From: Intoshia linei | Taxonomy: Eukaryota; Animalia; Orthonectida | DNA length: 64,000 nt | Direction: 5' to 3' | Assembly: GCA_001642005.1 (NCBI GenBank) | Contig: LWCA01000033.1 | Location: 7,891-71,890 of the forward strand | Shown here: positions 1 to 13,038 of the stretch, piece by piece | Layout: each line of letters starts with the position of its first letter | How positions within the stretch are numbered: position 1 is the first letter of the stretch | Notes under the pieces: generated by a model | The model's database searches: none | What the model saw: the letters and a program-made list of their open reading frames with translations, nothing else | Told to the model about the DNA's origin: nothing | Translations under genes and position numbers: made by a program

Positions 1-164
1 TAGAGTGATCAATGTTCACTATTCATATAAATGATAATTTTAACTTTTATTAAATTAATAAATTCTCTCAATTACTATTCATCCCTTTGACTCATGTACC
101 AGTTTAACAGTCAAATTAAGGTGTCCACTTTTGATGTTTTTTTTTATTAGAAAACCCATTTTTC

Positions 165-470
165 TACTGTCAAAGGTATACTTGTTGCTATGCTTGTAAT
201 TCCTTTGATGGATTGCCCATGTTTTGGGAACCATTTTGTTTTTTTAAATTAAATTCTAGCTCATTTATTTTGGTTTTTACGACATTCATTTTGAGTTTAT
301 AATAAATTATGTATAGTTTTTGGGTCAATTATGACAAATTCAAACATTTTTAAAAACCAAAATAAATAAGCCAGAAATGAATTTTAAAAAAAAAAATGGT
401 TCACAAAGCATGATAAACGCATCAAATTAATCAGCAACATAATTACCCATAGAAAAAAATTACAACTGAT
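165..470. repeat. Imperfect palindrome / foldback element of a dispersed family
   Basis: catgttttgggaaccattttg...ctagctcatttattttggttttt (approx 218-278) is the reverse complement of aaaaaccaaaataaataagccag...aatggttcacaaagcatg (approx 352-412). Single arms recur at approx 18795-18900, 30190-30340 and 37565-37690. Confidence 0.7.
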
Positions 471-723
471 TATACATACAATAAAGTTATATTGTACATT
501 TATCTTAACATTTTTGTATAAATTGTAAAAATTACATTTAAGGGGGTAAATATTAACCGATTTAATTTTGTTTTTTAAATGCTTAAAATCAAAAAAAGCA
601 TTTAAATGGGAACAAAATGGTATTTTCTAAAAAAAGTGAAACCCTAAGCCACATACTTTAAAAAAATATTAAAAAATATAAAAAAAATAAAACAATAAAA
701 TATTATTGCAAAAATAATAGTAC

Positions 724-3700
724 TCCTTCTTTAGATCCTTCGACATTTTTTCTGAAATTTCAATTTTCATGCCAAGTTCATTTTCCAAATTATTATTTTC
801 TTCTTTTAAATCACTCAAATTATTATTGACTATTTTATTTTGATTGATCAAATTATTGATTTGTTCCATCAATTCAGATTTTTGCTTTTCTATATTTTTT
901 TGATGATTTTTCAAATTTTCATTTAAAAGTTCATAGCTTTCTACTTTTTCTTGAGCTTCAGATAGGTTTTGGGTACTAAAATAAAATAAAATTTTGACAT
1001 GTTTAAGAAAATAGAAATTGAGAAATTTATCATTTTAATTAAACATGGTTCCTTTTGAAAAAGTGGTCATTTCCCCGTTATTTTAAAGATAATGAGAAAT
1101 ATACATTTTTATCTAAAAAAATGCATAAAAATGCCTAATAACGTTTAGTATGTCTTTTCAAATATAACCATATCAAATAAAATCATCTAAACTTACACAA
1201 TTTCATTTCTTTCGTGCATTTCAGACAATGTTTCATTATGTTTTTTAGAATTGATATCAAGTTGATCAATTTGTTTTTTGAACAAAGTATTTTGTTCATC
1301 TAAAGAAGAAACCTTAGCCTTTAATTCACTCAATTGTAATTGTCGTTTGTTTAAAGCAGCTTGAACAGCCTGATAAGTTGAATCGGCAAAACCATGTCGC
1401 ATTCTTGGTGTATTTAAATTGACATTACCATTGAATTTTTCCTTTTCATTGATTTTTGATTTTACATCATTTAATGAAATGTGATTATCCAATGAATATT
1501 CATTATCAATCAAAATTTCATTTGAAATTCTTCGTAAGGCATCATGCATGGCTTCAACGTTTTCACATTTTGAACTGGTTGAATCAGCTTCATCTCTATC
1601 CGAACTTTTTGCATCATTTTCATGAACTTGTTGTTTTAAATCAAATACCTTTTTCTCCAAATTAGCTATATTTGATCGTAATTTTTCGTTTGTTTCAGTC
1701 ATTTCACGGGATCTAAAAATTTTTTATTTTGAAATTTTAATATTTGCTTACCCAACATTTGATAAGGTATTATCATATTTTGTTTTAAGATCAAAAATTT
1801 CCCTTTTTTTCTCTCTGAGTTCCATTTTTATCTTTGAAGAATCTTCATTGCTTTTGTCAAGAATAATTTTTAATTTTTCGTTTATACTGGCATTGATGGT
1901 GTTATTTGTACTATCTACGTTCTGTTTTGCTGATAAAATATCTTCATGCAAACTATTCAACTGTCGACTTGTAAATTTTTTCATTGTCTCAAATTGTTCT
2001 CTGAATTCGATAATATGTTTCCACATTTCTGCAACTTTGGCACGTTCAGCATTGTAGTATTGGTTAAATGACTAAAAATAAATGAATATATCATTTGGTT
2101 CACGATTAAAGGATTCAAGTACAAGTATGTATTCTTAATTTTTAATTTTTAATATTATTCACAAATACTAAATTTATACTCATTAGTAAATTACATTAGT
2201 CAATTTATTTGTACATTACTCATATCTTACTTAATTAATCACTAAACATTGATAATTTCTTACCACTTCTTCTTCATTCCAAATTTTTTGTTTAGTCTCA
2301 ATTTCATCAATCAAAGCATTGTTTTCTTTTTCACATTTTTCATTATTTAGTCTCAAATCAAAATTTAATGACAATGTCTGATCCAATTCATCTCTTAAAC
2401 TTCTATTTTGTAAAATAATTTCTTCGTTTCTAAATTTTTTTATTTTATTTTTTTATTCTTCTAGGTAAAATCTAAATACCTCTTTTTTTCATCCGATAAA
2501 GTTTCTATTGCAGTTTCCAGGTTCATACCATATTGTGATTCCACACTTTTTGTCTTTGATTCACTTTCGTTTTTTTTTTTCAATTTATCGTTGTTGTCTT
2601 CATACTAAAAATTGAATTCATTTAGATATAGTTTAGATTAGGTTGATACGGTATTATCAATACAAATTTATTAAAATAACGCCATTTCATTTTTATTTTA
2701 CATTTTTGTTATGTATTTAAAGTACGATTGAAGTAATTTTTTCTTATTATATTTATAAATGTCCAAATTTGATTTATTTAACAATAATAATGTACTATAT
2801 AAAGTTATTATTTATAATATTAAGGCAAAAATTAACTTAATTTTTATTGTATACATTAATGTATGATTTATTATTATTTTTTTCATGATTTTGTGTAACG
2901 ATACATTTTGATAGAAGTTAATGTTTCATTTTAGCAAAGTTTTAAAGTATTTGGTATTTATGGTAAATAACTTTTCTAAATTCTCTCAGAATTAATGGGG
3001 AAAGTAAATATAGTATTTTTTATTATAATCACTTATATAAAGTTATAATAATAATATTTACCTTTTGACTCATCAATTTCAATTCTTTTTCTAATTCATA
3101 ATTTTCAGTTTTATATTTTATGACCTATATGGAAAGTATAAATTATAAATACATTAGATTAGGCATGGTACAGTGCGGCCTTATTGACGATTACGTGCGA
3201 CTTTCATTTGAAAATATGTTATGTTCATTAATTTATAATTATGATTACAATTATAAATTCGAAGACACTTTACCAAAGTTCACTCATCAAAGTAATAAAT
3301 CTTAGATCAGTGGTTCCCGATCAGGGTTGCCAACTGCGTTATTTTCCCCCTGAGAATTCGGATTTTCAAATTCAACTCAGGGCTCAGGGTTAAGTAATAT
3401 TTCTCAGAGTAATTTAATTATTTCAATAAAAATCATCAGATCAGACATATTTCATTTATATTCTATAATTTTTTAGTCTATGTCTTTTAAATCTTCTCTT
3501 AGTGTTAGCAGTTAATTTTATTCCATTACTTAGTGACACCCATATTTTGTTTTTTTTCTCTAAAGTATTCATCATGAAGTCATTTTGAAATGTGCTATTT
3601 GCTATTTGTTATGAAAAATTTAAAGTATTCATTTTGAAATTTGTAATAAAAATTGTGTGTAAACTGTTATTTAATTGTTATTTATTGTTTAATTATTTTT

Positions 3701-6700
3701 TGAAAAAGAGACACCCCATAGTAAAAGAGGGCCCCAAAAAAAATTTTCGCTTATGGGGAAATTGCATAACACGCTGCGTTTCACTATATGGTGCTTCGCT
3801 CAAAAATTCGGGTTGAGAATAACTTAATGTTGGTAACTCTATTCCCAATTCAAATAGTGTACGGACCACTATTTCAAAATAATTATTTTTTGGACCTATT
3901 CTTTGATAAAATCGTGTTTTTCAAAAAAATATGGGAAAAAAATGATTTTTCCTGTATTTGGGTTGGTAAAATTCGATTTTTTATTTGAGGTTTTGAATTA
4001 ATATGTTGTTGCTCATAAGATTTGGTAAAATTAAATTTTTAAAAAAATATCGGTAAAAGTAGATTTTTCCATGAGGGTTTTAAATGCCATTTTTTATTAA
4101 ATTTTATTAATAGTGGGATTTTTTAAATAATAATATAGTGGTTGTCTAGGTTTTATCCTAAATTTTAGTGTAAATTTATAAAATCTGCAAATTTGTAGTA
4201 CTAAGTATCTAATTGAACATTAGTATTTTACAATACAAAGTTTTGATTGCTTTGATAATTATAAACAAAGAAAATACAAATACAATGTATATTCTTGAAT
4301 ATTTAGTAAAATCAACAGGTTCATTGAACATATTGAATGTAACTTTGAATAGTTAATATTAACGCAGTGAGTGGCTTAAATTTTCAAATACAAGTAAAAA
4401 TATTTTAATTGTATACAATCCGTTCTTAATTATAGTTATGTAAAATTTACTACTCGCAAATACATTTAATTGTATATTAAATAATATGCATATATTTCAT
4501 ATTTACTATTTAATTTTTTTGTTAATTTCAAATTGTTGATTTGAGTTAATTTAAATTCAATGTTTGTTTAGCAAGTCTGAATGCATTGTTTTATATGGAA
4601 TCTATATCCAATAAAACTAAATTATCTACATGTTTATAATCAAATTACATGTAAATAAGTATACATCAAAATGAATTAAAAATAATATATCATTTTTTTA
4701 ACACATTCAATGGTGTATTATTTTTGATATCTCAGATTAATCAGTGTTTTAGTCGTTTATGCCTTTTATGTACAAAAGATACCAATTAAAGGGGAAAAGT
4801 ACATAAAACATTAACATTTTGCAAATAATTTTTTTTAAATTAAATTATTAAGTTCAAAGCCCATCTTTATTAAAAATAAGCAAATATAAACTAATATTAA
4901 AATTATTATTATTAAATAAAAAATAGAAAGAAACCAATTGGTGAAATTGAAACTCATATTTCTGTATTTCACATGTGTATACTATACAGTCAGTTCCCAT
5001 ATTTTTCGAAATTTTATGATGAATATTTACATTTTTAATTTAAATCCAAGAATTTGAAAAATGTTGGTTGATAATATATTGAAAGTTATTTTCACTGGGA
5101 ATAAGTAGATTTCTGAGATTGAAACATTGTATATATCTATATCAGAACAATACAATATCAATATATAATATATGAAAAATATCAGAATATAGTTACCAAA
5201 TAAAAAAATGATTACTAAAGTGCTTTTTTGATTGTGAAAGCGTCAGTTTATCAGATTGAAATTTTTTTGTGTATTAACTGGATATAACTGTATCATCTGT
5301 ATTTTTTTTAAATTCTAAGTCTGCTTTTATTTTTTAAAATAAGGGTAATCTGTGGTTTTGATCGTAAAAAAGCACTTTTTTCAAATTTACATTTATTAAT
5401 ATTAATATTTTAATAATAATGATTTTAAGTAATTATGTAAATTTTTTTAAATTCTAGGTTTGTTTTCATTAAAAAAAAGGGTCATTTGGGGTTTTGGCCC
5501 TGAAGATAAAATGATAAGAGGAAAGGAAGAAGTGGAAAAATAAAATTAAAATGGTTCAGATATGAAAATTAACATTTAAAAATTTTGAAAACCATTAATT
5601 TTGACGTCTAAAGCAGGGATTCTCAAAGTAGGCCACAGAAAATTTTCAACATTAAAAAAAATTTGGTGTATTAAGCCATAAAATTGCTAACCAAAACAAA
5701 ATCTATATATTACATAATAAATTTGAAATATAAATTTGTAATTATGGTTTATAGATCTTCAAAACTTTGAAACAGATGATGAAACTAGTCCTGAATTAAC
5801 TGAAAAACTCTTGGACTTAAAAGAAAATTTGAAATTAGTAAGACGAATAGAAAAGGAATGTGTATTTGCATTTATGGCAATTCAAGAATCAAATGCAATT
5901 GTGTTTGATTATGTTCAATCAAGCATTATTGCTTTTTCTACAACATGGCTCGTAGAAGCTGGATTTTCAGGAGTAGTCGATATTTTTAGTAAGAAGAGGT
6001 CAAAATTGAATGTGAAAAACCGAGGAATAATGCTTTAAGATTGAATAAACTAATAGAAATTGATTACGATTCATTGTGTAACAAACACCAATGCAGTCAC
6101 TAACTAGTATAAATTTAAATTTACTTATTGATTATTATTTTTAACACTTTTCTTGATACTTTAAAATTTAAACAAATAAAGCATTTTACTGTAAATAAAA
6201 GTGGATATTTTAAGGTTTATTTAAAGTGGGCGATGGAATTTTAGACAAAAATTTTTTGAACCATCGCCTAAAAAAGGTTGGGAACCACTGATCTAAAGCG
6301 TACCAGTACGCTCTCAATGCGAAACTTGAAATCTTATTAAATTAAAATTTTTTAAATCTCATTTAAACTCCAATAAACCGGATTTACAACAATTTGAATT
6401 ATTTGACAAACTTAATTACTCTAAACAATGATATTCAAATGACATTGAAATAACAAAAATAAGCCAATATTTTTTCAAGGTATGAAAATATACACCTGAA
6501 TTTCACTAAAATGTATAATTTTTATATATGTAAAAATATAACTGTTCTAAATATCAAACTGAAAACAATGAAAAATTACTTCAATTTGTGTATATTTAAA
6601 CTACGCTTGATATACTTTGAAAAATGTAAATATTTGAAGATTTAGAAAACAATACGCAATACTAACATTAATTTATTATTATTATGCGCGTATTGATGAA

Positions 6701-8439
6701 ATAAAAAAATATTGTATAATATACACTAATCCATTTTTAAATGCTTAAATTCTACTTAAATTGACTAATTACAAATTAAGCACAATAAAACTACATCGCA
6801 AACCCAAATTTTGAAACGTATGAATCACAATATTATATTCATTAATAAAAATATTAGCAATTTTTCATTTTTTCATCTCCACATCAAATTATTTTACATT
6901 ATCATAAAGGTATATATGAAAAGACCCAAATATGCTATGTTATGCTCTTAAATAACAAATACATACATATTATCACAATTTATTAATATTTATTGTATTT
7001 TCTATTATTTTTGAAATTTAAAAAAAATTAAATAGTTGAATAATGGTTTAAAATACATAAATCAATAACAAGTCTGATAATTTGACAATAATAACAATAT
7101 ATTAAACAAACGCAAATTAATGTAATGATTAGTTTAGTATATTTTGAGTAAAGAAATTTTCTTACTGTCAATAGATTTTCTATATTTTTTTAACCTGCAT
7201 AATTGCAAATGAACTATAACCAAGTTAATTTTTTTTTAGACTAATGCATACTGGAGCTATTAAAATAAAAAAAAAATTACTTTATTATGCAAATGCTTAT
7301 TCTGATCTTGTTGTTTTTCTAGACATTGTTTGTAATTATTAATTTGTTTCGTATATTGTTCATTATAAATATTTTTCATTGCATATTCAGATGTTGAAAA
7401 TTGATTTAAATTTTGATTATAAAATACTTTGGATTTTCCATAATCAACATCAATTTTTTTTTCTGAATCATCAATATCACTATTTGAAGACATTGAGTAA
7501 TTATAATGAGAATTTTGTTTTTCAGAATTGTAAATTAATTCAATCTATATTAATTTATATGATTGTATAATAATTGGAAAAATGTGAACCAAGTTTCCTA
7601 GAAATACCGATACAAACATGCTAAGACATGTATAGGTATTTCAATTGTTTTATAGTCACACAATTGAAAATGCAGGTTAATATTAATGTTAATCTAATTT
7701 ATTGATATTTAATACATTTGTGGGGTTCTACAAAGTTTTACTAAATTATAATTTTATTACTTCAAAATTTTTCACTTATTTTATTGACTTTGTTAATTTA
7801 AAAATTTAAACGATTATTAATTACACTAAAGTTTATAGTGTACACTTAAAACGACTATATAGTAAATTAGATTTTAATTTTGGGTCAAATTATGCTTACA
7901 ATTAAATTTTTATCTTGTAAAATTAATTGTAATTATTAAAATTAAAATTTTAAAATTTAAAAATTTAAAAATATTAAATATGAAACCTTTTTAGCTCGAA
8001 TTGTTGCAGCATTACGTTCCTTTTTTGTACGTTCCAATTTCGATTCAATTAATGTTAATTTACTTTTAAGTTTCTCATTTTCTAAACCAAGTTTTTTTAA
8101 ATTTAAACTACTTTTATCAATTATAGTTGAAATGAAAGATTCAGAATTATCTGAATCTATTATATCTGATATTGATTTTTCACCCATATTGTCTGGTTCA
8201 AATGTTAAATGTTTTTGAATTATATCACGTACTCTTGCTGAAGCGGCTAGAGGTGGTTCGTCAGAATTTTCACTTGAAAATAATAAATTTTTATCGTTTA
8301 ATAATTTTTCTTCAATATTCTAAAAATTTTTAAAATTCACACATGATGATTGATCAAATTATACCTGAATAACATTTTCAATTTTTTCCGTTGCATTTAA
8401 TTCAGACACTGATTCCGATGTATTTTCCTGATTTTCCAT
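724..8439 (-). CDS. CROCC: Rootletin / ciliary rootlet coiled-coil protein, multi-exon, 3' part continues beyond the left edge
   Basis: ATG at 8439 (MENQENTS...). GT-AG exons approx 8365-8439, 7987-8319, 7281-7544, 2479-2604, 2264-2428, 1752-2071, 1196-1712, 724-975, plus possible small exons 7195-7213 and 4935-4981. Peptides ARVRDIIQKHL, LETAIETLSDEKKR, WNEEEV/SFNQYYNAERAKVAEMWKHIIEFR and STYQAVQAALNKRQLQLSELK match rootletin segments (IREIVTRNL, LESALIRLEEEQQR, WRREEESFNAYFSNEHSRLLLLWRQ, SALHKRQLQVQ). Confidence 0.85.
3322..3841. mobile_element. Non-autonomous hAT element (CAGGGTTGCCAAC-type TIR) inserted into the terminus of another hAT MITE
   Basis: TIRs cagggttgccaac / gttggtaactcta; 8-bp TSD ttcccgat (3314-3321) / ttcccaat (3842-3849); preceded by cagtggttccc at 3308. 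Confidence 0.65.
5614..6290 (+). mobile_element. Internally deleted Buster-type hAT transposon carrying the transposase C-terminus
   Basis: TIRs cagggattctcaa / ttgggaaccactg; TSD gtctaaag / atctaaag (nnnTAnnn, Buster-like). ORF 5811-6038 contains IAFSTTWLVEAGFSGVVDIFSKKRSKL, a hAT dimerization domain motif. Confidence 0.85.
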
Positions 8440-9945
8440 ATCTATTATAATATGAATTTTTATTATAATAACAATTTACAATTTATATATTGGAAATAGT
8501 AACATGCGAAAAGTAGGTCCTTTTAGTAAATCAAGTGTATAATTGATTGAACATGGTGTAATTATTTATTTAAAATAATTTCACATTTCACTCAATTCCA
8601 TTCAAAGTCAAATAAAAAAAATTTAAATAGTTTTCTCTTAATTATAAATTGAAATATTGATTTTTTAATTAAATTAAAAATAATAAAATTTTTATATTGT
8701 TTAAATTAGGTTGAAATGATTAATAATAATGTAAACAATTTAAAAAGTTTTAAAATTAAAAAAAATTTTAAATATAAAACACATGTAATAATTTATATTT
8801 TTTCATTTTAAATTTTTGTATCGATATAATTTTAAAATGATGTGATCAATTTTTATCAATAAATGTTAAATTATATGAAATAAATTAAAAATTTTAGAAA
8901 AAAAACAATACCTTTTAAAAAGAGTGATACAAATATACAAATTTGACAAAACCTTGAAAATAAGATACGTGGTGTTTTGATATGTTGTTACTTGTATTGT
9001 GTTGGTTCCACTGTATAGTAAGTCTATAATTTAATCGATTTCTTTTACAACAAATATTCTTTTATCTGGATCCATTCCGCGTCCTTCACAACAATGCAAA
9101 GTATGTGTAGGTAACTGATTTGTTTATAAAACCTTGTCGGTGTACTTTTATAAATTTATTAAATATTAAAATTCCATTAAAAATATTTATACATTTTTCG
9201 TATTACATTCGACACAATTTTATTTATTGTTTTGATTAATTACAAATACATTTGTTATGCATCATAAATCTTATTTTTAATTAACTAATTAATCTTTTAA
9301 TAATTTTTCAAGTTATTAAAAGTTAATTCACTTTTGTAATGTAAATTTAAATTAAATTTACTTACTTTTATAAAAATTTTTAATAATTCATAGTACATTT
9401 AATATTTAATTGTATTAATATTTTATTATGTTTTTTCAATTTTTAAATTTTAAAATTTTTTTAATGGTAGTTTATACATTTCAACAAAATTGCATTGTTA
9501 AATAGACTGTATTAGTTTTGACTTAAAATAAACATTTTAAAAAATTTAATTATAAATTTATATTTACATGTTTTGAATTTGAATTGCTATAATTGTTTAT
9601 TTTAGTGTTAATTTTAGTTTTTAATTAATTGAGTAGTCATTTTTCATGAATAATAAATCTCCTTCATTAAATTGAAATTTTTAGGACATGGTTTCATTTT
9701 TTCTGGTTTTTTATTCAATTATTGGTAAAATATTTTAATTTATCATCACTTATTAACTTGTGAAATTGATTTTTAAACTAAAATATTATTAGTTGAATCA
9801 ATGTTAATGGTTTACTAAAGTTAGTTTACTAATAATTGATCAATTTTATCCAGGTGTGAATTTTTGAAATTAACTTGTTGATTTCAAATTTCATTGATTG
9901 AGTATCTAGAATTTATATTTGTTATAGCTTTTATTATTATAAGAA

Positions 9946-11326
9946 ACTAGGTTGACTGTTATGTAAGTAACTACGTACTAACAGCACCTAACACTGCTGA
10001 GGACAAAAATTTTTATTGTAGCATAAAAATAAATTCATTAAAGTAAATAAGAATATCTATAACAGGAATGCATAGATTTTTAGGGTTGAAATTTTTTATT
10101 TTTATTGTCTGAAATAAGCTGTATCATAATAATCTTTTTTTTAATTGTAAGCCATTAATTATTTTAAATTATTTAAAATTTTTTGTTTTTATAAAATGCA
10201 AATGTAGCTTCTAAATATAAAAAATGAATACTTAAGTGATTTTTTGATCGTGAAGGCGTCATTTTGGAATTTTTCAGATTTAATTTTTTTGATGGGAACA
10301 GGATAGAATTTTGTCATTTGTAATTTTTGTAATTCTAGGGTTATTTTCATTTAAAAAAACTGTATCTGTGGTTTTGATCGAGACAATGATCTTTTGTGAG
10401 GTTGCCGTTCATCATAATGTTTATGATTTTAAAAACTATCCCAGAATTTATGTTTTATAAAATTTTAGGACTTAAAAATGTTTCATTTTTAAATTAAAGA
10501 GTAATTTGTGGTTTTGACCATGAATGTATGCCTTTGTGAGGCTGAGATTTACGTCAATGTTAATGATTTTAAAACGCGTCCCAGAGTGTTTTGTTTTATT
10601 AAATTTTATTTTTAAATAAAAAGGTAAATTGAGTTTTTGACCCTGAAAGACTCAAATTCTGAAACTGAAAAATAGATATAAACACGTCTTAGGTAAAACT
10701 ATTAGAAATTTGCTTTTTTTTAAATTCTGACTATCAATTTTTTAAATAAACAATAACAGACACACATAAACACACACACTGGCATTCAATTTTATATAAG
10801 TAACTAGCTCGACTGTTATGTACTTCGTAAAAACAGCATCCTAGCTCTGCCGAAGGCGGAAAATTTTATTCTACCAGACAAGTAAATTCAATTACAAATT
10901 TTAACCTAAAAATGCTACTAATCACTATTATAAACTATTTATAGGAATGGTTCCAAAGTTTGGAATCCAAACTTGTTACACGTGGGCCCGTCATATCACA
11001 TTCCCTGTTAATTTAAAGTGGATTATTCCACGTTAAATTTATTTTGTTAACATTTGTGTAAAGAAATTTTAAAAAAAATTTTATCCATTTTTTTAATTTA
11101 TTAGACATAATGTGTGTATAATATTAAAAATAAAGTAAGTTTTTTAAACAAAAGGGGAAATTTGGTTTTGACCCTGAAGGACACAACTTCTGAAACTGAA
11201 AAATGGATTAAAACACGCCCTGGGAAAAACCATATTAGAAATTGGGTTTTTTTAAATCCTGCGACTGTCAGTTTTTTCAATAAATGGTTACACACACAAT
11301 CATTAATTTTTATATAAGTAAAGGAT
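9946..11326 (-). mobile_element. Two head-to-tail non-autonomous Helitrons (9946-10802 and 10803-11326)
   Basis: Read on the - strand, each unit ends in a CTGTT..TGTA/TACA..AACAG hairpin followed by CTAG|T (plus-strand actag at 9946 and 10803). The other end has a (CA)n microsatellite and tatataagtaa(a)ggat (5'-TC on the - strand). Confidence 0.7.
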
Positions 11327-11409
11327 GGATGTTAATTAATTACGAATATTTATGCGATGTTTTCAGTTAAATACTTTTTATGTGTAATCAGAAACTTTAA
11401 GAGATATCA

Positions 11410-12080
11410 GTAGTCCCATTTAAAATTTTCTTTATACATGGACGCATATACATTGCTTAATTGATCGTTTATTGTCTAAAAATTCAAAATAACCGTTGGA
11501 AATCACATTAGTCATCATAAATTTTCGCAAACATGAGAAATTTTGCAACTTAACGTATTAAATTAAATTAGAATAGTAGACCCCTCATGATTTTATACAT
11601 GTTATATGGCCTTTACTCCACTCCACGCTCATATGTGTAATAGTTTAATTTTAGTTTCTTAAATTTTTTCAAATATTGAATGCCGTTAGCCTTGTTTTGG
11701 AGCACTTTTCATTTTTTTTAATGGAAAAGTGAAATTTTAAATTACAAAAATTTTAATTAACAAAAATTAATTTAAAATGACTTGTGCCGAACCTTCCAAA
11801 CTAGAAGCCACCCGAAAATGAAAATAGACCTTCAAAAAAAATTTGGAAACGATTTGTATTGTCATATATAGGACCGTAAACAGGGATGATAGGAATTTGA
11901 CCGGGAATACAAACATAAGGGGCCTACGTTTTTAATTTATTAATAGGTAATGTTGAAAATTTCTTAATTATCATAAAATTTTGCGATTTCCAACAGTTAT
12001 TTTTAATTTTTAGATAAAGTAACAATCGATTAAGCAATATATAAAGGTCCATTTTTTAAAACAAAAATTATAGTGGCCTA
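11410..12080. mobile_element. MITE/foldback element with about 100-bp terminal inverted repeats
   Basis: atggacgcatatacattgcttaattgatcg...aaaataaccgttggaaatc (approx 11438-11505) matches the reverse complement of gatttccaacagttattttt...cgattaagcaatatataaaggtccat (approx 11985-12052). Confidence 0.6.
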
Positions 12081-13038
12081 CAATTTCCATCTGGTTCTTG
12101 GCATATAAATCACTTCATTTTTCCAAGTGTCTTAATTTTAGATTTTAAATTTAATGTGCAAAGCAGTTATAATATTAAAAAATGTTATTTTTTAATTGCT
12201 CAATTTGGAAAATTTAGGTACATCTTACGAAAATTTCGTTGAGGCACGAAAAGGACTGGGAATACGGCAGTTCGGCTCTGCTAGTGTCTATTAGCTGTGA
12301 TGTATTTTGAATTTTAGCATGATCATTGATCAGTTTTTGTATTTTGAAAATAATGAGTAATTTATGGTTTTGATCATGAAAATGCAAGTTTTTAAGGTTG
12401 ATATTTATGATAATACTTATGATTTTAAAAACTGTTCCAAAATTTGCGCCTTTAACAAAATCTAAATAGATATTACTCTTTTCTTTTATAAAGAAAGCGA
12501 CATATGAGATTTTGCCCCATAATTTGAAATTCAGGATAAATTAATTTGAAAGACTGTTCTTGTTCTTGTCCAATTGTAAATTAAAATTTAAAGATTTCAT
12601 ATATTTTTCACAAATTACAAAAATCTAGTCTTGAAATTGAAGAAGTTTATTAAGTTAAGACTGTATATTAAAAACGTATCGATTCGGTACTACCGACTAA
12701 TAATAGAAAATTGGTGTTTTTAAAATTTCATAGATTTATCGACCTTACCGTATTGAAAAATTTTAATCAGAAATTTGGCAATTTTATTGTTCAATTTATT
12801 CATCAATGATTCCAATAAATTTTGAAACGATTCGAATTGCTTAAATTGGAATAAATGAATAATGTATATTCGAAATTCCAATATCAATCAATGATTGATT
12901 AAATTAGCTAATTATGAGCTCTAAGCCTAACAAAGAGATAAAAATACTTGGCAACTAAATTGTGTAGAAATTAATTGAAATTTTTAATTGACATTAAAAA
13001 TTGATAAATATTTTTTCATATAAATAAATATTTTTAAT

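Noticed and set aside
1456-2057. Plus-strand ORFs 1456-1665 and 1848-2057 (and similar ones at 7379, 14419, 15792, 20698, 28266)
   Set aside because: Antisense shadows of real exons.
8488-8503. Possible RFX X-box upstream of rootletin (atagtaac)
   Set aside because: Only a half-site, expected by chance in AT-rich DNA.
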